64,000 nucleotides of DNA, from contig JBHEMS010000055.1 in NCBI GenBank assembly GCA_046262455.1, positions 2,315 through 66,314 on the forward strand, in the 5' to 3' direction. Positions 37,665-46,732 of this stretch are shown one piece after another. The notes beneath the pieces are model-generated. The model had not been told where the DNA came from. It did not search any database and saw nothing but the letters and a program-made list of their open reading frames with translations. The position numbers and the translations under genes are program-made. Numbering within the stretch: the first letter of the stretch is position 1; every line of letters starts with the position of its first letter. Origin of the DNA: Candidatus Dormibacteria bacterium (GTDB lineage: Bacteria > Chloroflexota > Dormibacteria > DASZGP01).

Positions 37665-37804
37665 TGTCGCTCGCCTAAAGATCAGGCGCTTTCCTGATGT
37701 AAAGCGGGCGCGGTGCGCTTAGTGTGACGATCACATTCAGCCTTCGCCATGCCTTGGTGCAGCGCGGGCCATTCCGCGCGAACGCGAACAAAGGGGGACG
37801 CACG

Positions 37805-40800
37805 ATGGGCCTGAGGACTTACCACAAGCGCCGGCGCGCGTTCGCCCTTATCCTGGCGGGCCTGATTGTGGCGCTCGGCGCCCAAATGCGTTTAGCCTCG
37901 GTGGCAAGCGCGTCGTGCACGACGGGACAGTTCGCGCCGGTGCTGCGTGCCTCGACCGTCAGCCAGGGCCTCGACGGCTACACGCCGCTCGTGCGGGGCA
38001 AGGACACCCTGGTCAGGCTGACCCTGAGCCTTCCCTCTTGCTCGGCACCGACCGACACAGCCAGCCTGCTGTCGGCGCAGGTGTCCGCGGTGGCGACCAT
38101 CGGCACCACGCCGACGACGATCCTGGGCAACCAGGGACCGACGCCCCCGATCAACACGGTCTTGCCGCCATCCATACCGCCATACCAGGCCAGCCCGGTC
38201 ATGGACGTCCCGGGGAACCCGATGTTCCTCGTCCCCGGCGCGGTCCTGGCTCCATCGGGGACCACTTCGTCATTTCCGGTCTCTTTCAGTGCCACGATCA
38301 CCTGGAGCGGCGTTGTCAATGGCGTGTCGACAGGTCCTCAGACCCTCTCCCTGGGTACCTTTAAAACTGTCCAGGTGGCGCAGAAGACCAACGCCATCCG
38401 CGTCCTCGCGGTGCCGATGTATGACTCGCTCGCAGGCACATCCAGCTTTTCCACGCAGGCCCAGCAGGGCCTGCAGAACGCGGCGGCAACCTCCGCCCGC
38501 ATCATGCCGGTCCAGAGCCGCACGGGCGACCTGGCGGCAGCCGCCCCCAGCGGCGGGTTCCGATACAGCATCAACCAGGGCTGGCTCGACCTCCGGGCGG
38601 CGGGGACCATGAACACGGCGGACGGAAGATTCTGCGGCACCGGCAGCAGTTTCGACGCCGTCAAGGCACAGTTGGAGACCTTCCGTCAGAACTGGAACAC
38701 GGCCAACTCCGGGACACCGGCCAACCAGGCCGACCGGGTCGTGGGCGTGGTCGACCAGGCGATCTCGGACGGCTACGTGTCCGGTTGCGCCGAGGGGATG
38801 ACGGCCATCTCGTCAACGACGGCCTTCGTTCGGGTGACCTACGGGGCGACGCCGCTGAGCGGGACGGTGATGGCCATGGAGCTGGACCACACCCTGGGAG
38901 GCATCCCCTCGGGGGCGAGCAACTTTGACCCCTATAGCCCCTACCACTCGAAGAACCGGAACGCGGACCTCAGCGCCCTTCCGCAGCCCTACAACCTGGT
39001 CACCGACGCCTACCTGGGCGCCAACAATCGCAGCGTGATGCAGTTCTCCGCTTCAGGGGACGGAACGTACAGCGACTCCAACACCCTTCTCGAGGCGCCC
39101 GACTACAACTATGAGCTGTCTTGCCTGGGTCTCAGGAGCACCACCTGCACCACGGGCACCGTGGGCACGGCCGTCAACGTAGCCGCGGGGGCCAGCTACT
39201 TCGAGATCAGTGGCACCACCGACGGCCAGGCGGCGGGTGCCCCCCACACCACCGTGACCGAGTCCTACGCCGGCCCGGTCCAGCCCTTCTTCGACAACAC
39301 AAACGCCATCAAGGTGGTGCAGTTCAGCGCGGGTTTGCCGGTCGGCGGGCCATACGGTGTGGTGTCGTCGGTGCTCACCTCCGACCACACCAGCACGACG
39401 AGCACGGTGACCGGGCCGCTCGCCGAGATCTCCGCCGCGGTACCGCTCAACTCCGCCACCGATCACATCGAACTCCAGAACACCGCCACTTCCCCCGCCA
39501 CCGTCCTGTACACCGTCAACCGCGGAACCTCGGCGCTGAACGCCTCGGCGAATTGGACAGTGCCTGGGTCCCCGCCGGATGACGGCCTCAGGACTTACAT
39601 CTCCCCGGCCGGGCAACACGACCCGGAGGCCACCGTGTCGCCGGACGGCCAGTGGGTCGCCTTCAGCTCTGGCGCCGGCACCGGCAACTCAGTGGTGGCG
39701 GTCGCCCCGGTCAGTGACAGCTCGCGGGCGGTGATGGTGACGGACAACAGCGGGGCGCCCTTCGCATCCCACGACGCGGCCTGGAGCCGCGACGGGAAGA
39801 CCCTGGCCCTCGTCAGCGGCGGCTCGGACAGCGGCGGCGACCTCCTCACCGTGAGCTTCATCTCCGCGGGCGGGGTCGCGGTCCTGGGCAAGCCGTCCAC
39901 GCTGCCACTGGCGGCCCTCGCCCGGGACCCGAGCTGGTCCCTCGACGACACCCAGCTCGTGTACGAGTCCCAGGGGAACCTCTTCAAAGTTTCCACCCCG
40001 ACGGCCACCGTGCCGACCCCCGCGTCAGTGCAGCTGACGAACCTGACCACGGATTCCGAGCCGACCTGGTCGCCGGCCGCGAGCGGGACCCAGGGTTACA
40101 ACCTGATCGCCTTCACCCGCAGCTCGGGTTGCCCCCACAACGACTCTCCCTGCGTCATGTACCTCAACGCCAACGGGGGCATCCTGCAGGCCCCTACCGA
40201 GTTCGCCGGCTCGGCCAGTGCACCCTCGTGGGCGGTCGAGCCCAGCGTGGCCGGCGCGCCCAATACCAGCAGTGGCTACATCGGCTACCTGAGCGGCCCC
40301 ACGAGCGGGGTCGGCGGGGTGACAGTGGCCCGCTTTGACGGCTCCGTGCCTCCCGCCCAGGTGACCCCTCTCGGCTCCTCGGACGCCGGCGTCAGCCTCT
40401 CTGGGCGCGCACTGGTGTTCGATCGGTACCAGACCTCGGGCACAGACGTCCTCATGTCCACGCTCAGCCAGGCCCTCCAGGTGACGGCCACCGGCGGCGC
40501 CGGCGCCGCCTCCATGAAGCTTGACGTGTACTACAGGTGCTCCTCGGCCTCGGGCCAGGCGACCTACCCTGTCAAGAACGCCACTGCGCCGGACAGCACC
40601 TCCGGGGCTACAGCCACCTGGACCATCCAATTGCCGAGCAACCTCGGCTGCGGTGGGGGAACCTTTTACGCGGCGGTCAACGACGGCTTTAACTGGAGCG
40701 GACTGAAGGCCATAGGCGGAGTGCAGGACCGGTCGGCGGCCAAACCACCGGTGCCCGCAGTGGCCAACCCGCTCGACGGCGCGATCGTCCAGGCCGGCAG

Positions 40801-41443
40801 CGAGATCCACCTGCTGGGTTCGGCAAAGGACCCCCAGGATGGGGAGCTGAGCGCGGATGGTTGCGCCGCCGGCGCCGCCTGCCCGCTGCTGTGGAGCTAT
40901 ACCTACAACGGCGGCAGCGCCGTGCAGGCCGGGAGTGGCGGGAGCGTCTACCTCGACCCGCCGGGCGGGCGCTGGGCTTCGGGGAAGTACGTGTTTACGC
41001 TGCTGGCGACTGACTCCGCGGGGCTGACTGCGACAACCACGGCCTCCGTCACCGTGCCCGACGTCGTCAGCGCAACGGAGAGCTTCGACCCCGACACCCT
41101 CAACCCCTACTCCAACGGCAACACCGTGAGTGTGGCGGTGACGGTGCCGAGCGGCCATGACCTGTCGACCATCAACCCCGCGAGTGTTCGCATCGTCAGT
41201 GCCAACGGCGTCGCATATCCGAGCAGCAACTGCCCGGGCAGCACTCAACCCGCCTGCAGTTGGACCCAGACCACCGGCAACCAGTGGACCGCGACCTTCG
41301 ACCGCGGAACGATGAACCAGTTCTTCACCGCCGGTGCCGGAGCGGGCCTCCAGAACCAGACCGTTTACCTGACCGTGCGGGGCAACAGCAACAGCGGTAG
41401 CGCCTGGAGCTTCACGGGATCCGGCTATACGTATGTCCAATGA
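37805..41443 (+). CDS. Large secreted multidomain protein: metzincin-like region with a degenerate zinc motif, TolB-like beta-propeller, Ig-like C-terminal domains
   Basis: ATG 37805 is preceded by GGGGGA. Signal peptide RRRAFALILAGLIVALGAQMRLASVASA. PD40-type repeats (SPDGQWVAFSS, AWSRDGKTLALVS, DPSWSLDDTQLVYES, EPTWSPAAS). VMAMELDHTLGG aligns to the HExxH region of metzincins. Confidence 0.85.
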   Translation: MGLRTYHKRRRAFALILAGLIVALGAQMRLASVASASCTTGQFAPVLRASTVSQGLDGYTPLVRGKDTLVRLTLSLPSCSAPTDTASLLSAQVSAVATIGTTPTTILGNQGPTPPINTVLPPSIPPYQASPVMDVPGNPMFLVPGAVLAPSGTTSSFPVSFSATITWSGVVNGVSTGPQTLSLGTFKTVQVAQKTNAIRVLAVPMYDSLAGTSSFSTQAQQGLQNAAATSARIMPVQSRTGDLAAAAPSGGFRYSINQGWLDLRAAGTMNTADGRFCGTGSSFDAVKAQLETFRQNWNTANSGTPANQADRVVGVVDQAISDGYVSGCAEGMTAISSTTAFVRVTYGATPLSGTVMAMELDHTLGGIPSGASNFDPYSPYHSKNRNADLSALPQPYNLVTDAYLGANNRSVMQFSASGDGTYSDSNTLLEAPDYNYELSCLGLRSTTCTTGTVGTAVNVAAGASYFEISGTTDGQAAGAPHTTVTESYAGPVQPFFDNTNAIKVVQFSAGLPVGGPYGVVSSVLTSDHTSTTSTVTGPLAEISAAVPLNSATDHIELQNTATSPATVLYTVNRGTSALNASANWTVPGSPPDDGLRTYISPAGQHDPEATVSPDGQWVAFSSGAGTGNSVVAVAPVSDSSRAVMVTDNSGAPFASHDAAWSRDGKTLALVSGGSDSGGDLLTVSFISAGGVAVLGKPSTLPLAALARDPSWSLDDTQLVYESQGNLFKVSTPTATVPTPASVQLTNLTTDSEPTWSPAASGTQGYNLIAFTRSSGCPHNDSPCVMYLNANGGILQAPTEFAGSASAPSWAVEPSVAGAPNTSSGYIGYLSGPTSGVGGVTVARFDGSVPPAQVTPLGSSDAGVSLSGRALVFDRYQTSGTDVLMSTLSQALQVTATGGAGAASMKLDVYYRCSSASGQATYPVKNATAPDSTSGATATWTIQLPSNLGCGGGTFYAAVNDGFNWSGLKAIGGVQDRSAAKPPVPAVANPLDGAIVQAGSEIHLLGSAKDPQDGELSADGCAAGAACPLLWSYTYNGGSAVQAGSGGSVYLDPPGGRWASGKYVFTLLATDSAGLTATTTASVTVPDVVSATESFDPDTLNPYSNGNTVSVAVTVPSGHDLSTINPASVRIVSANGVAYPSSNCPGSTQPACSWTQTTGNQWTATFDRGTMNQFFTAGAGAGLQNQTVYLTVRGNSNSGSAWSFTGSGYTYVQ

Positions 41444-41505
41444 GAGCTCACCGCCACGACCGGACGGCCACAAGGCCACCGTCACCACGCACAAGGAGTA
41501 ACTAA

Positions 41506-42000
41506 ATGAAGCGAATGCTTGGCATTCTCGCTGCAATGTCCGTCGCGGCCGGCATGCTCACCGTCGCGCCGGTGGCGTCCTCAGCAAGCACCTGCGACCA
41601 GGCCCTGGGGACCTTCGCCCCGCCGCCCTCTGGGAACGGCGGGTATTTCAGCCCGGTCGCCAACCAGCCGGCGGTCGTGAGCGCGAAGCTTCAAACGACG
41701 GGCACCAACACATGTGCCGTCTACACGCTGCACCTGACCTTCTCCAACGGCGACAGTACCTCGATTCAGACGGCGGAGGCGTCGGGTTCTACCAGCGTCG
41801 ATTGGACTTACCAGACCCCCTATTGGCCCTCAGGCCACGACCAGAAGAACAACCCGTTCCCCAGCTATGTCTGCCTGTACGCGGTGATGACCGTGGACGG
41901 CGTGCAGGTCGACCAGTACCCCCTCACTACGGACACCAAGAGCAGCTGCCCGGGGGCGAAGTTCACGTACCCCTCGGTCCCCGGTGGCTACAGCTGGTGA
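41506..42000 (+). CDS. Small secreted protein, 4 Cys, unknown function
   Basis: AAGGAG RBS 8 nt upstream. Signal peptide MKRMLGILAAMSVAAGMLTVAPVASSAS. Beta-rich composition with four cysteines. Confidence 0.7.
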   Translation: MKRMLGILAAMSVAAGMLTVAPVASSASTCDQALGTFAPPPSGNGGYFSPVANQPAVVSAKLQTTGTNTCAVYTLHLTFSNGDSTSIQTAEASGSTSVDWTYQTPYWPSGHDQKNNPFPSYVCLYAVMTVDGVQVDQYPLTTDTKSSCPGAKFTYPSVPGGYSW

Positions 42001-42032
42001 GCGGCCTCAACTAGCGCATCCCCCCGCAACCA

Positions 42033-42069
42033 CGAAGCCCGGGTGTTCACGCCGAATGCCCGGGCTTCG
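42033..42069. terminator. Bidirectional terminator-like hairpin between convergent genes
   Basis: An 11-bp perfect stem, CGAAGCCCGGG (42033-42043) with CCCGGGCTTCG (42059-42069), and a 15-nt loop. It lies between the stops at 42000 and 42075. Confidence 0.55.
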
Positions 42070-42074
42070 CGCTG

Positions 42075-45000
42075 TCATGTCTGGATCCGCTCCAGCACCG
42101 TGAGCGCCTCGCCGTGCCTGTCCGGGGCCCCGATGGCCTCAAAGATCTGGGCCGCGCGCCGCGCGTCGGCCTCCGCGTCCTGACGGTTCTCGCCGTCCTG
42201 GCGCAACCGGGCGCGGGTCAGCAGGGCGTCCGCGACCGTGTAGCTGCTCTCCAGCGACTCCGCCATCAGGATGGCCTCGTTGGAGCGCTCCAGCGCCTCT
42301 TCGGTGTGGCCCGCGAGGGCCAGCTTCTCCGCCAGGTTGGCATGGGCGGTTGCCAGGCGGCTGCTGCTCCCGATCCGCTCCAACTCCTCAACGGCGCGCC
42401 GGTCGCACTGGATGGCCTCCTCGATCGCGCCACATCCCATCTCGGCCATCCCCAGGTTGATCAGGCAGCCGCCGATCTCGTCCGGCGCGCCCACACGCTC
42501 GGCCAGGACCAGGGCTCGCCGCAACGTTGACCTGGCGTTCTCGCAATCTCCCATCTGGTTCTCGATCCCGCCGCGGTAATGGAGGACCGTGGCCAGCCCC
42601 AGCAGGTCCTCCAGGGACTCGAAGATCAGCTCCGCCCGGTTGGCGTGCTCCAGAGCCATCTCGAGCCGTCCCATCACCGCCTCGACGCGCGCGAGCTGCA
42701 CCACCAGGTAGCCCTCGACCTCGTCGGCGCGGCCGGGGTCTTCGCGCAACCCCTCCTCGAGCGCCTCCTTCATATCGCTGTAGCGACTCTTGAGGGCGCC
42801 CAGGCACCAGGCGCGTTCCAGCCACATCGGCCGTACGTCCTGTCCCGTCTGCCGCGCGTGGTCCAGGGCGGCGTCAATGAGCTCAAGCGCGCCCTCGCCC
42901 TCACCTCGCTTGCGCAGCACGGCCGCCATTCCCTGCCATGCCTCGACCTGCCCGGTTCGGTCCCGCACCCTGCCGTAGGAGTCGAGGGCGCGGTCGTAGG
43001 CGCCGGTCAACTCCTGCAGCCGCCCGATGTCAAGGAGGGTGGGCGCAATCTCGCCGTCGAGTGATGGAACGGCGACCGCGATCTCAAGAGCGTGCTGGAG
43101 GTGGACTATGGCCTCCTCGTTGGCGAACAGGCGGCGGGACTTGCGGGCCGCGCGCACCAGCGCCCGGAAGGCCTCCTCGCCGGCCTCCGCGAGGTATAGG
43201 TGGTGTGCCGTGATGTCGATGAAATCGTCGCCATCGCCGTAGAGCCGGATGGCCGCGTCCGCCACCCGGCGATGGGCCTCGCGGCGGTGCCGCCGCAGGA
43301 TCCGGCTGTAGACCACCTCCTGGACCAGGACATGCCTGAAGGTCAGGAACTCCCCTGGGTCATCCTCGGCGGGAGTGAGGAAGTGCGTCTGCACCAGCCG
43401 TCCGATGCCCTGGTCGATATCGTCGAGGTGTCCTGCCGCCCCCTTCAGCAGCGGGATTCGGGGCCGTCGCCCGACAACCGCGGCCACCTGCAGGATGGCC
43501 AGGTCGGGGCGCGGCAGCCGGTCCAGCCGGGTGGCAATCACCCCTTCAACCGTAGGCGGCAGGGCCAGGGTGTCGGCGGTGCCCGCCAGCTCCCAGGCGC
43601 CGTCGTGAAAGACCAGGTGCCCGGCCTCGCGCATCGACCGCGACAGCTCCTCGCTGAAGAAGGGGTTGCCGAGGGTGCGTTGCTGGAAGAAGCCCGCGAC
43701 CGTCGGCGCCAGGGGGGCCCCAAGGACGTCCTCCAGGAGGTGGGCAGTGCTCTCCTCCCCGAAATTGCCCAGCGTCAACCGGGTCTGTCGTGACGCCGGC
43801 CTGGCCTCGACCAGCGGCTCTATCTGCTCCCAGGCCTCAGGTCGGCCGGTGAGAACGAAATGGACGGCCTCCTCGGCGCAGGCCTCGAGAAGATCCCTCG
43901 TGAGGGCCAGGGAGGCCTCGTCGACCCAGTGGAGGTCTTCCAGAGCCAGGACCACGGGTCCCGTGCGCGCCCTTTGGCGCAGGGCGAGCGCAAGCGATTC
44001 GTGTACCTTGCGGCGAACGGCCTCGGGCTCCGCCCCGGTCTCCTCCGGCGCCTTGAGCCCGATCAGGACCGCGAAAAAGTCCCTGGCCTGGTCCAGGCCC
44101 CGACTGACAAGCGCCTCTGTCAGCCGCTGCAGAGTCACCTCGCCGGGCTCCTCGGGTCGCAGGCCGTACAGGCTGCGCACCAGCTCGGCGTAGGGCCAGT
44201 AGGCGAGCTCGTTGCCGTAGGACACGCAGCGGGCCTGCAGAAAGGCGATCCCCCGGCCTTCGGCGTCCTGGCGCAACTGGCGCAGCAGCATCGACTTACC
44301 CATCCCGGCCTCTGCCACCACCGTCGTGATCCCGCCGCGGCCGGTGAGCAGCGTATCCAGGGCTCTCTGGCACGCGGCGACCTCTTCGGCGCGCCCCACC
44401 ATCCTGCTCTCGCCATCCGGGCTACGCCATTCATCCTGCCGGCGCTCGCCCACCAGCCGCCACGTCCGAACCGGCTGAGCCTTTCCCTTCACCGTCAGGT
44501 TGCCGACCAGCTCGTAGTCGAAATGATCCACGGTCAGGTCGTGGGTCATGTCGCCGACGTAGACCTCACCCGGGGGGGCCGCCGCCTCCAGGCGTTGGGC
44601 CGTGTTCACCGCGTCCCCCATGATCGAGTAAGCGTCGATACGGACATCCCGCCCAGCGAACCCTGACACCACATGCCCGGAGTTGACGCCGATATGAAGC
44701 TCGAGCCCGGCTGCTTGCTCGCTGGCCAGCGTTGGGAGCAGCCGTTCGAACTCCCGGCGAACCTCCAGGGCCACCATCACCGCGCGGGCGGCGTCGTCCT
44801 CGTGCGCCAGGGGCGCCCCAAAAAAGGCCAGTACGGCGTCGCCGAGGTACTTCGCGACATAGCCCTCGTAGCGGTTGACCACCTCCCGCACCCGGGACAG
44901 GATGGGCTCGATGATCTCGACCAGCTCATCCGGGGCCACCGTCTCCGCGAGGCTGGTAAACCCGGATACGTCCACGAACAGCGCCGTCACCCATCGTCGC

Positions 45001-45263
45001 TCGCCTTCGGACCCGACTCCGCCATCGCCAATGCGCTCGACCACGGCCTCCGCCAGCTCCAACCGTTCAGCGCCCATCTCAGCCGATGGGAGGGGCGCCA
45101 GGCGAGGTGACTCGGTCGCTTCACCGCGCTGCGCGCCGCAGTGGCCGCAATACTTGAATACCGCGGGGTTTGATCCGGCGCAGTGCTCACATTGCCACAC
45201 GAGCACCCTCCAACACCTGGCGGCCCATCCGTCACTCTTCTCCGGCGGCGCGGCGCCGAACAT
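42075..45263 (-). CDS. Zinc-ribbon / class III adenylate-guanylate cyclase / AAA (STAND) ATPase / TPR protein
   Basis: N-terminal CEHCAGSNPAVFKYCGHCG, a cyclase domain (VTALFVDVSGFTSLAE, GDAVLAFFGAP, HIGVNSGHVV, GDAVNTAQRLE), the P-loop AEAGMGKSML, LALEDLHWVD and C-terminal TPR repeats. Confidence 0.9.
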   Translation of the reverse strand: MFGAAPPEKSDGWAARCWRVLVWQCEHCAGSNPAVFKYCGHCGAQRGEATESPRLAPLPSAEMGAERLELAEAVVERIGDGGVGSEGERRWVTALFVDVSGFTSLAETVAPDELVEIIEPILSRVREVVNRYEGYVAKYLGDAVLAFFGAPLAHEDDAARAVMVALEVRREFERLLPTLASEQAAGLELHIGVNSGHVVSGFAGRDVRIDAYSIMGDAVNTAQRLEAAAPPGEVYVGDMTHDLTVDHFDYELVGNLTVKGKAQPVRTWRLVGERRQDEWRSPDGESRMVGRAEEVAACQRALDTLLTGRGGITTVVAEAGMGKSMLLRQLRQDAEGRGIAFLQARCVSYGNELAYWPYAELVRSLYGLRPEEPGEVTLQRLTEALVSRGLDQARDFFAVLIGLKAPEETGAEPEAVRRKVHESLALALRQRARTGPVVLALEDLHWVDEASLALTRDLLEACAEEAVHFVLTGRPEAWEQIEPLVEARPASRQTRLTLGNFGEESTAHLLEDVLGAPLAPTVAGFFQQRTLGNPFFSEELSRSMREAGHLVFHDGAWELAGTADTLALPPTVEGVIATRLDRLPRPDLAILQVAAVVGRRPRIPLLKGAAGHLDDIDQGIGRLVQTHFLTPAEDDPGEFLTFRHVLVQEVVYSRILRRHRREAHRRVADAAIRLYGDGDDFIDITAHHLYLAEAGEEAFRALVRAARKSRRLFANEEAIVHLQHALEIAVAVPSLDGEIAPTLLDIGRLQELTGAYDRALDSYGRVRDRTGQVEAWQGMAAVLRKRGEGEGALELIDAALDHARQTGQDVRPMWLERAWCLGALKSRYSDMKEALEEGLREDPGRADEVEGYLVVQLARVEAVMGRLEMALEHANRAELIFESLEDLLGLATVLHYRGGIENQMGDCENARSTLRRALVLAERVGAPDEIGGCLINLGMAEMGCGAIEEAIQCDRRAVEELERIGSSSRLATAHANLAEKLALAGHTEEALERSNEAILMAESLESSYTVADALLTRARLRQDGENRQDAEADARRAAQIFEAIGAPDRHGEALTVLERIQT

Positions 45264-45310
45264 CAGGAATGTACCGGATCTTTAGCCTCTTGGTCGATGC
45301 CGCGCGAAGC

Positions 45311-45385
<75 letters not shown>

Positions 45386-45397
45386 GCGAGCGGATGC

Positions 45398-45403
45398 ATT
45401 CTA
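45398..45403 (-). promoter_or_regulatory. Candidate -10 box (TAGAAT) for tRNA-Gly
   Basis: The minus strand reads TTGCTAGAATGC. The hexamer ends 13 nt before the tRNA 5' end. Confidence 0.4.
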
Positions 45404-45418
45404 GCAATGGCTCTCGTC

Positions 45419-46729
45419 TCAGCTGGTGAGGCGCGCGGGGTCCTCCACGATGGTCCTGAAGGTGTGCAGGAACTGGCCGACCATGGCCCCGTCGAGGACC
45501 CGGTGGTCGGCGGCGGCCCACGCGGTCATCACCCTGGCGATGCCCGGCTTGCTCTTCACAGGGATGACCCGCTCGGTCGCGGCGCCCACCGAGACGATCA
45601 GTGCCTGGGGCGGGTTGATGATGGCCAGGAACTCGTCCACACCGTACATCCCGAGGTTGCTGAGGGTGACGGTCCCGCCGCCATACTCGTCGGGTTTGAG
45701 GCGACCGGAGCGGGCCCGCTCGGCGAGGTCGGCGGTCGCGGCGGCGATCTCGGCGAGGGTCTTGGCGCCGACATCCTGGATAGCGGGGGACAGGAGGCCG
45801 TTCTCGGTGGCGACGGCGTTGCCGACGTCGACCGTCTTGAACCGGCGGATGGTCCCGTCCAGGTAGGCGGCGTTGACCTCGAGATGCTCCAGCGCCGCCA
45901 GCGCGAGGGCTTTGACGAGGAGGTCGTTCACGCTGACCATGGTCTTCTTGGCCGCCAGCGTCTTCCGGAGGTCGAGGAGCGCGTCCGCGCGGATGTCCAC
46001 GGCCACGTAGAAGTGGGGGGCATCGCGCTTGGACTGGCTCATGCGGCGGGCGATGGTTTGGCGGAGGCGGCTCGGTTCGGTGTCCTCCGCGCCCTCCGGC
46101 AGAGGGGGCTGGTGACTGGGGGCGGGCGCAGCGTCGCCAGCCGACGCGGTCCCGGACTCCTCGCGCACAGCGGTGGGGGCAGGGGCGGATGCATCGCCTT
46201 CGGCGGCCGCCTCCACGTCGGCGGCGATGACCCGGCCGCCGGGACCGGAACCCGCCAGGGTGGCGATGTCCACCCCGAGTTGCCCGGCGAGACGGCGCGC
46301 CAGCGGTGAGGCGAGGACGCGCTCGCCATCCCCAGCGGGGGCGCGATCGGGCTCTGGCTCCGGGGGCGCGGCGACGGGGCGCGTGCTTTGCGGAGAGGAC
46401 ACGGCTGGCGCGGTAGGTGGCTGGCCGGCAGGCGGCGGCGCCGCCGGCGCGGGCGCTGGGGCTGGCGCGGCGACGCCCGACAATTCCTCGCCGGGTTCGC
46501 CGATAGTGGCGATAGGCTCACCCACCGGCAGCGTCGTCCCGGGCTCGGCGATGATCCGCAGCAGAGTGCCGGAGTCAAAGGCCTCGATCTCGACCGTGGC
46601 CTTGTCGGTCTCGATCTCCGCAACGACATCGCCGCGATGCACCCTGTCGCCGACCTTTTTGACCCAGCGCACCAGGGTGCCCTCGGTCATGTCGTACCCC
46701 ATCTGGGGCATGAGGACGTCGCGTGCCAT
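45419..46729 (-). CDS. pdhC: Dihydrolipoamide acetyltransferase (E2) of a PDH-type complex
   Basis: Lipoyl domain (VAEIETDKATVEIEAFDSG), a Pro/Ala linker, a subunit-binding domain (SPLARRLAGQLGVDIATLAGSG) and the catalytic ADHRVLDGA. Confidence 0.93.
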   Translation of the reverse strand: MARDVLMPQMGYDMTEGTLVRWVKKVGDRVHRGDVVAEIETDKATVEIEAFDSGTLLRIIAEPGTTLPVGEPIATIGEPGEELSGVAAPAPAPAPAAPPPAGQPPTAPAVSSPQSTRPVAAPPEPEPDRAPAGDGERVLASPLARRLAGQLGVDIATLAGSGPGGRVIAADVEAAAEGDASAPAPTAVREESGTASAGDAAPAPSHQPPLPEGAEDTEPSRLRQTIARRMSQSKRDAPHFYVAVDIRADALLDLRKTLAAKKTMVSVNDLLVKALALAALEHLEVNAAYLDGTIRRFKTVDVGNAVATENGLLSPAIQDVGAKTLAEIAAATADLAERARSGRLKPDEYGGGTVTLSNLGMYGVDEFLAIINPPQALIVSVGAATERVIPVKSKPGIARVMTAWAAADHRVLDGAMVGQFLHTFRTIVEDPARLTS

Positions 46730-46732
46730 TGC

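Noticed and set aside
37723-37735. TGTGA-CGA-TCACA read as a CRP/cAMP-receptor site, which was tempting given the cyclases and the cNMP-binding protein nearby.
   Set aside because: CRP-type sites have a 6-nt spacer between TGTGA and TCACA, and this one has 3 nt. The local cNMP protein also has no HTH. It is kept only as a generic dyad (see findings).
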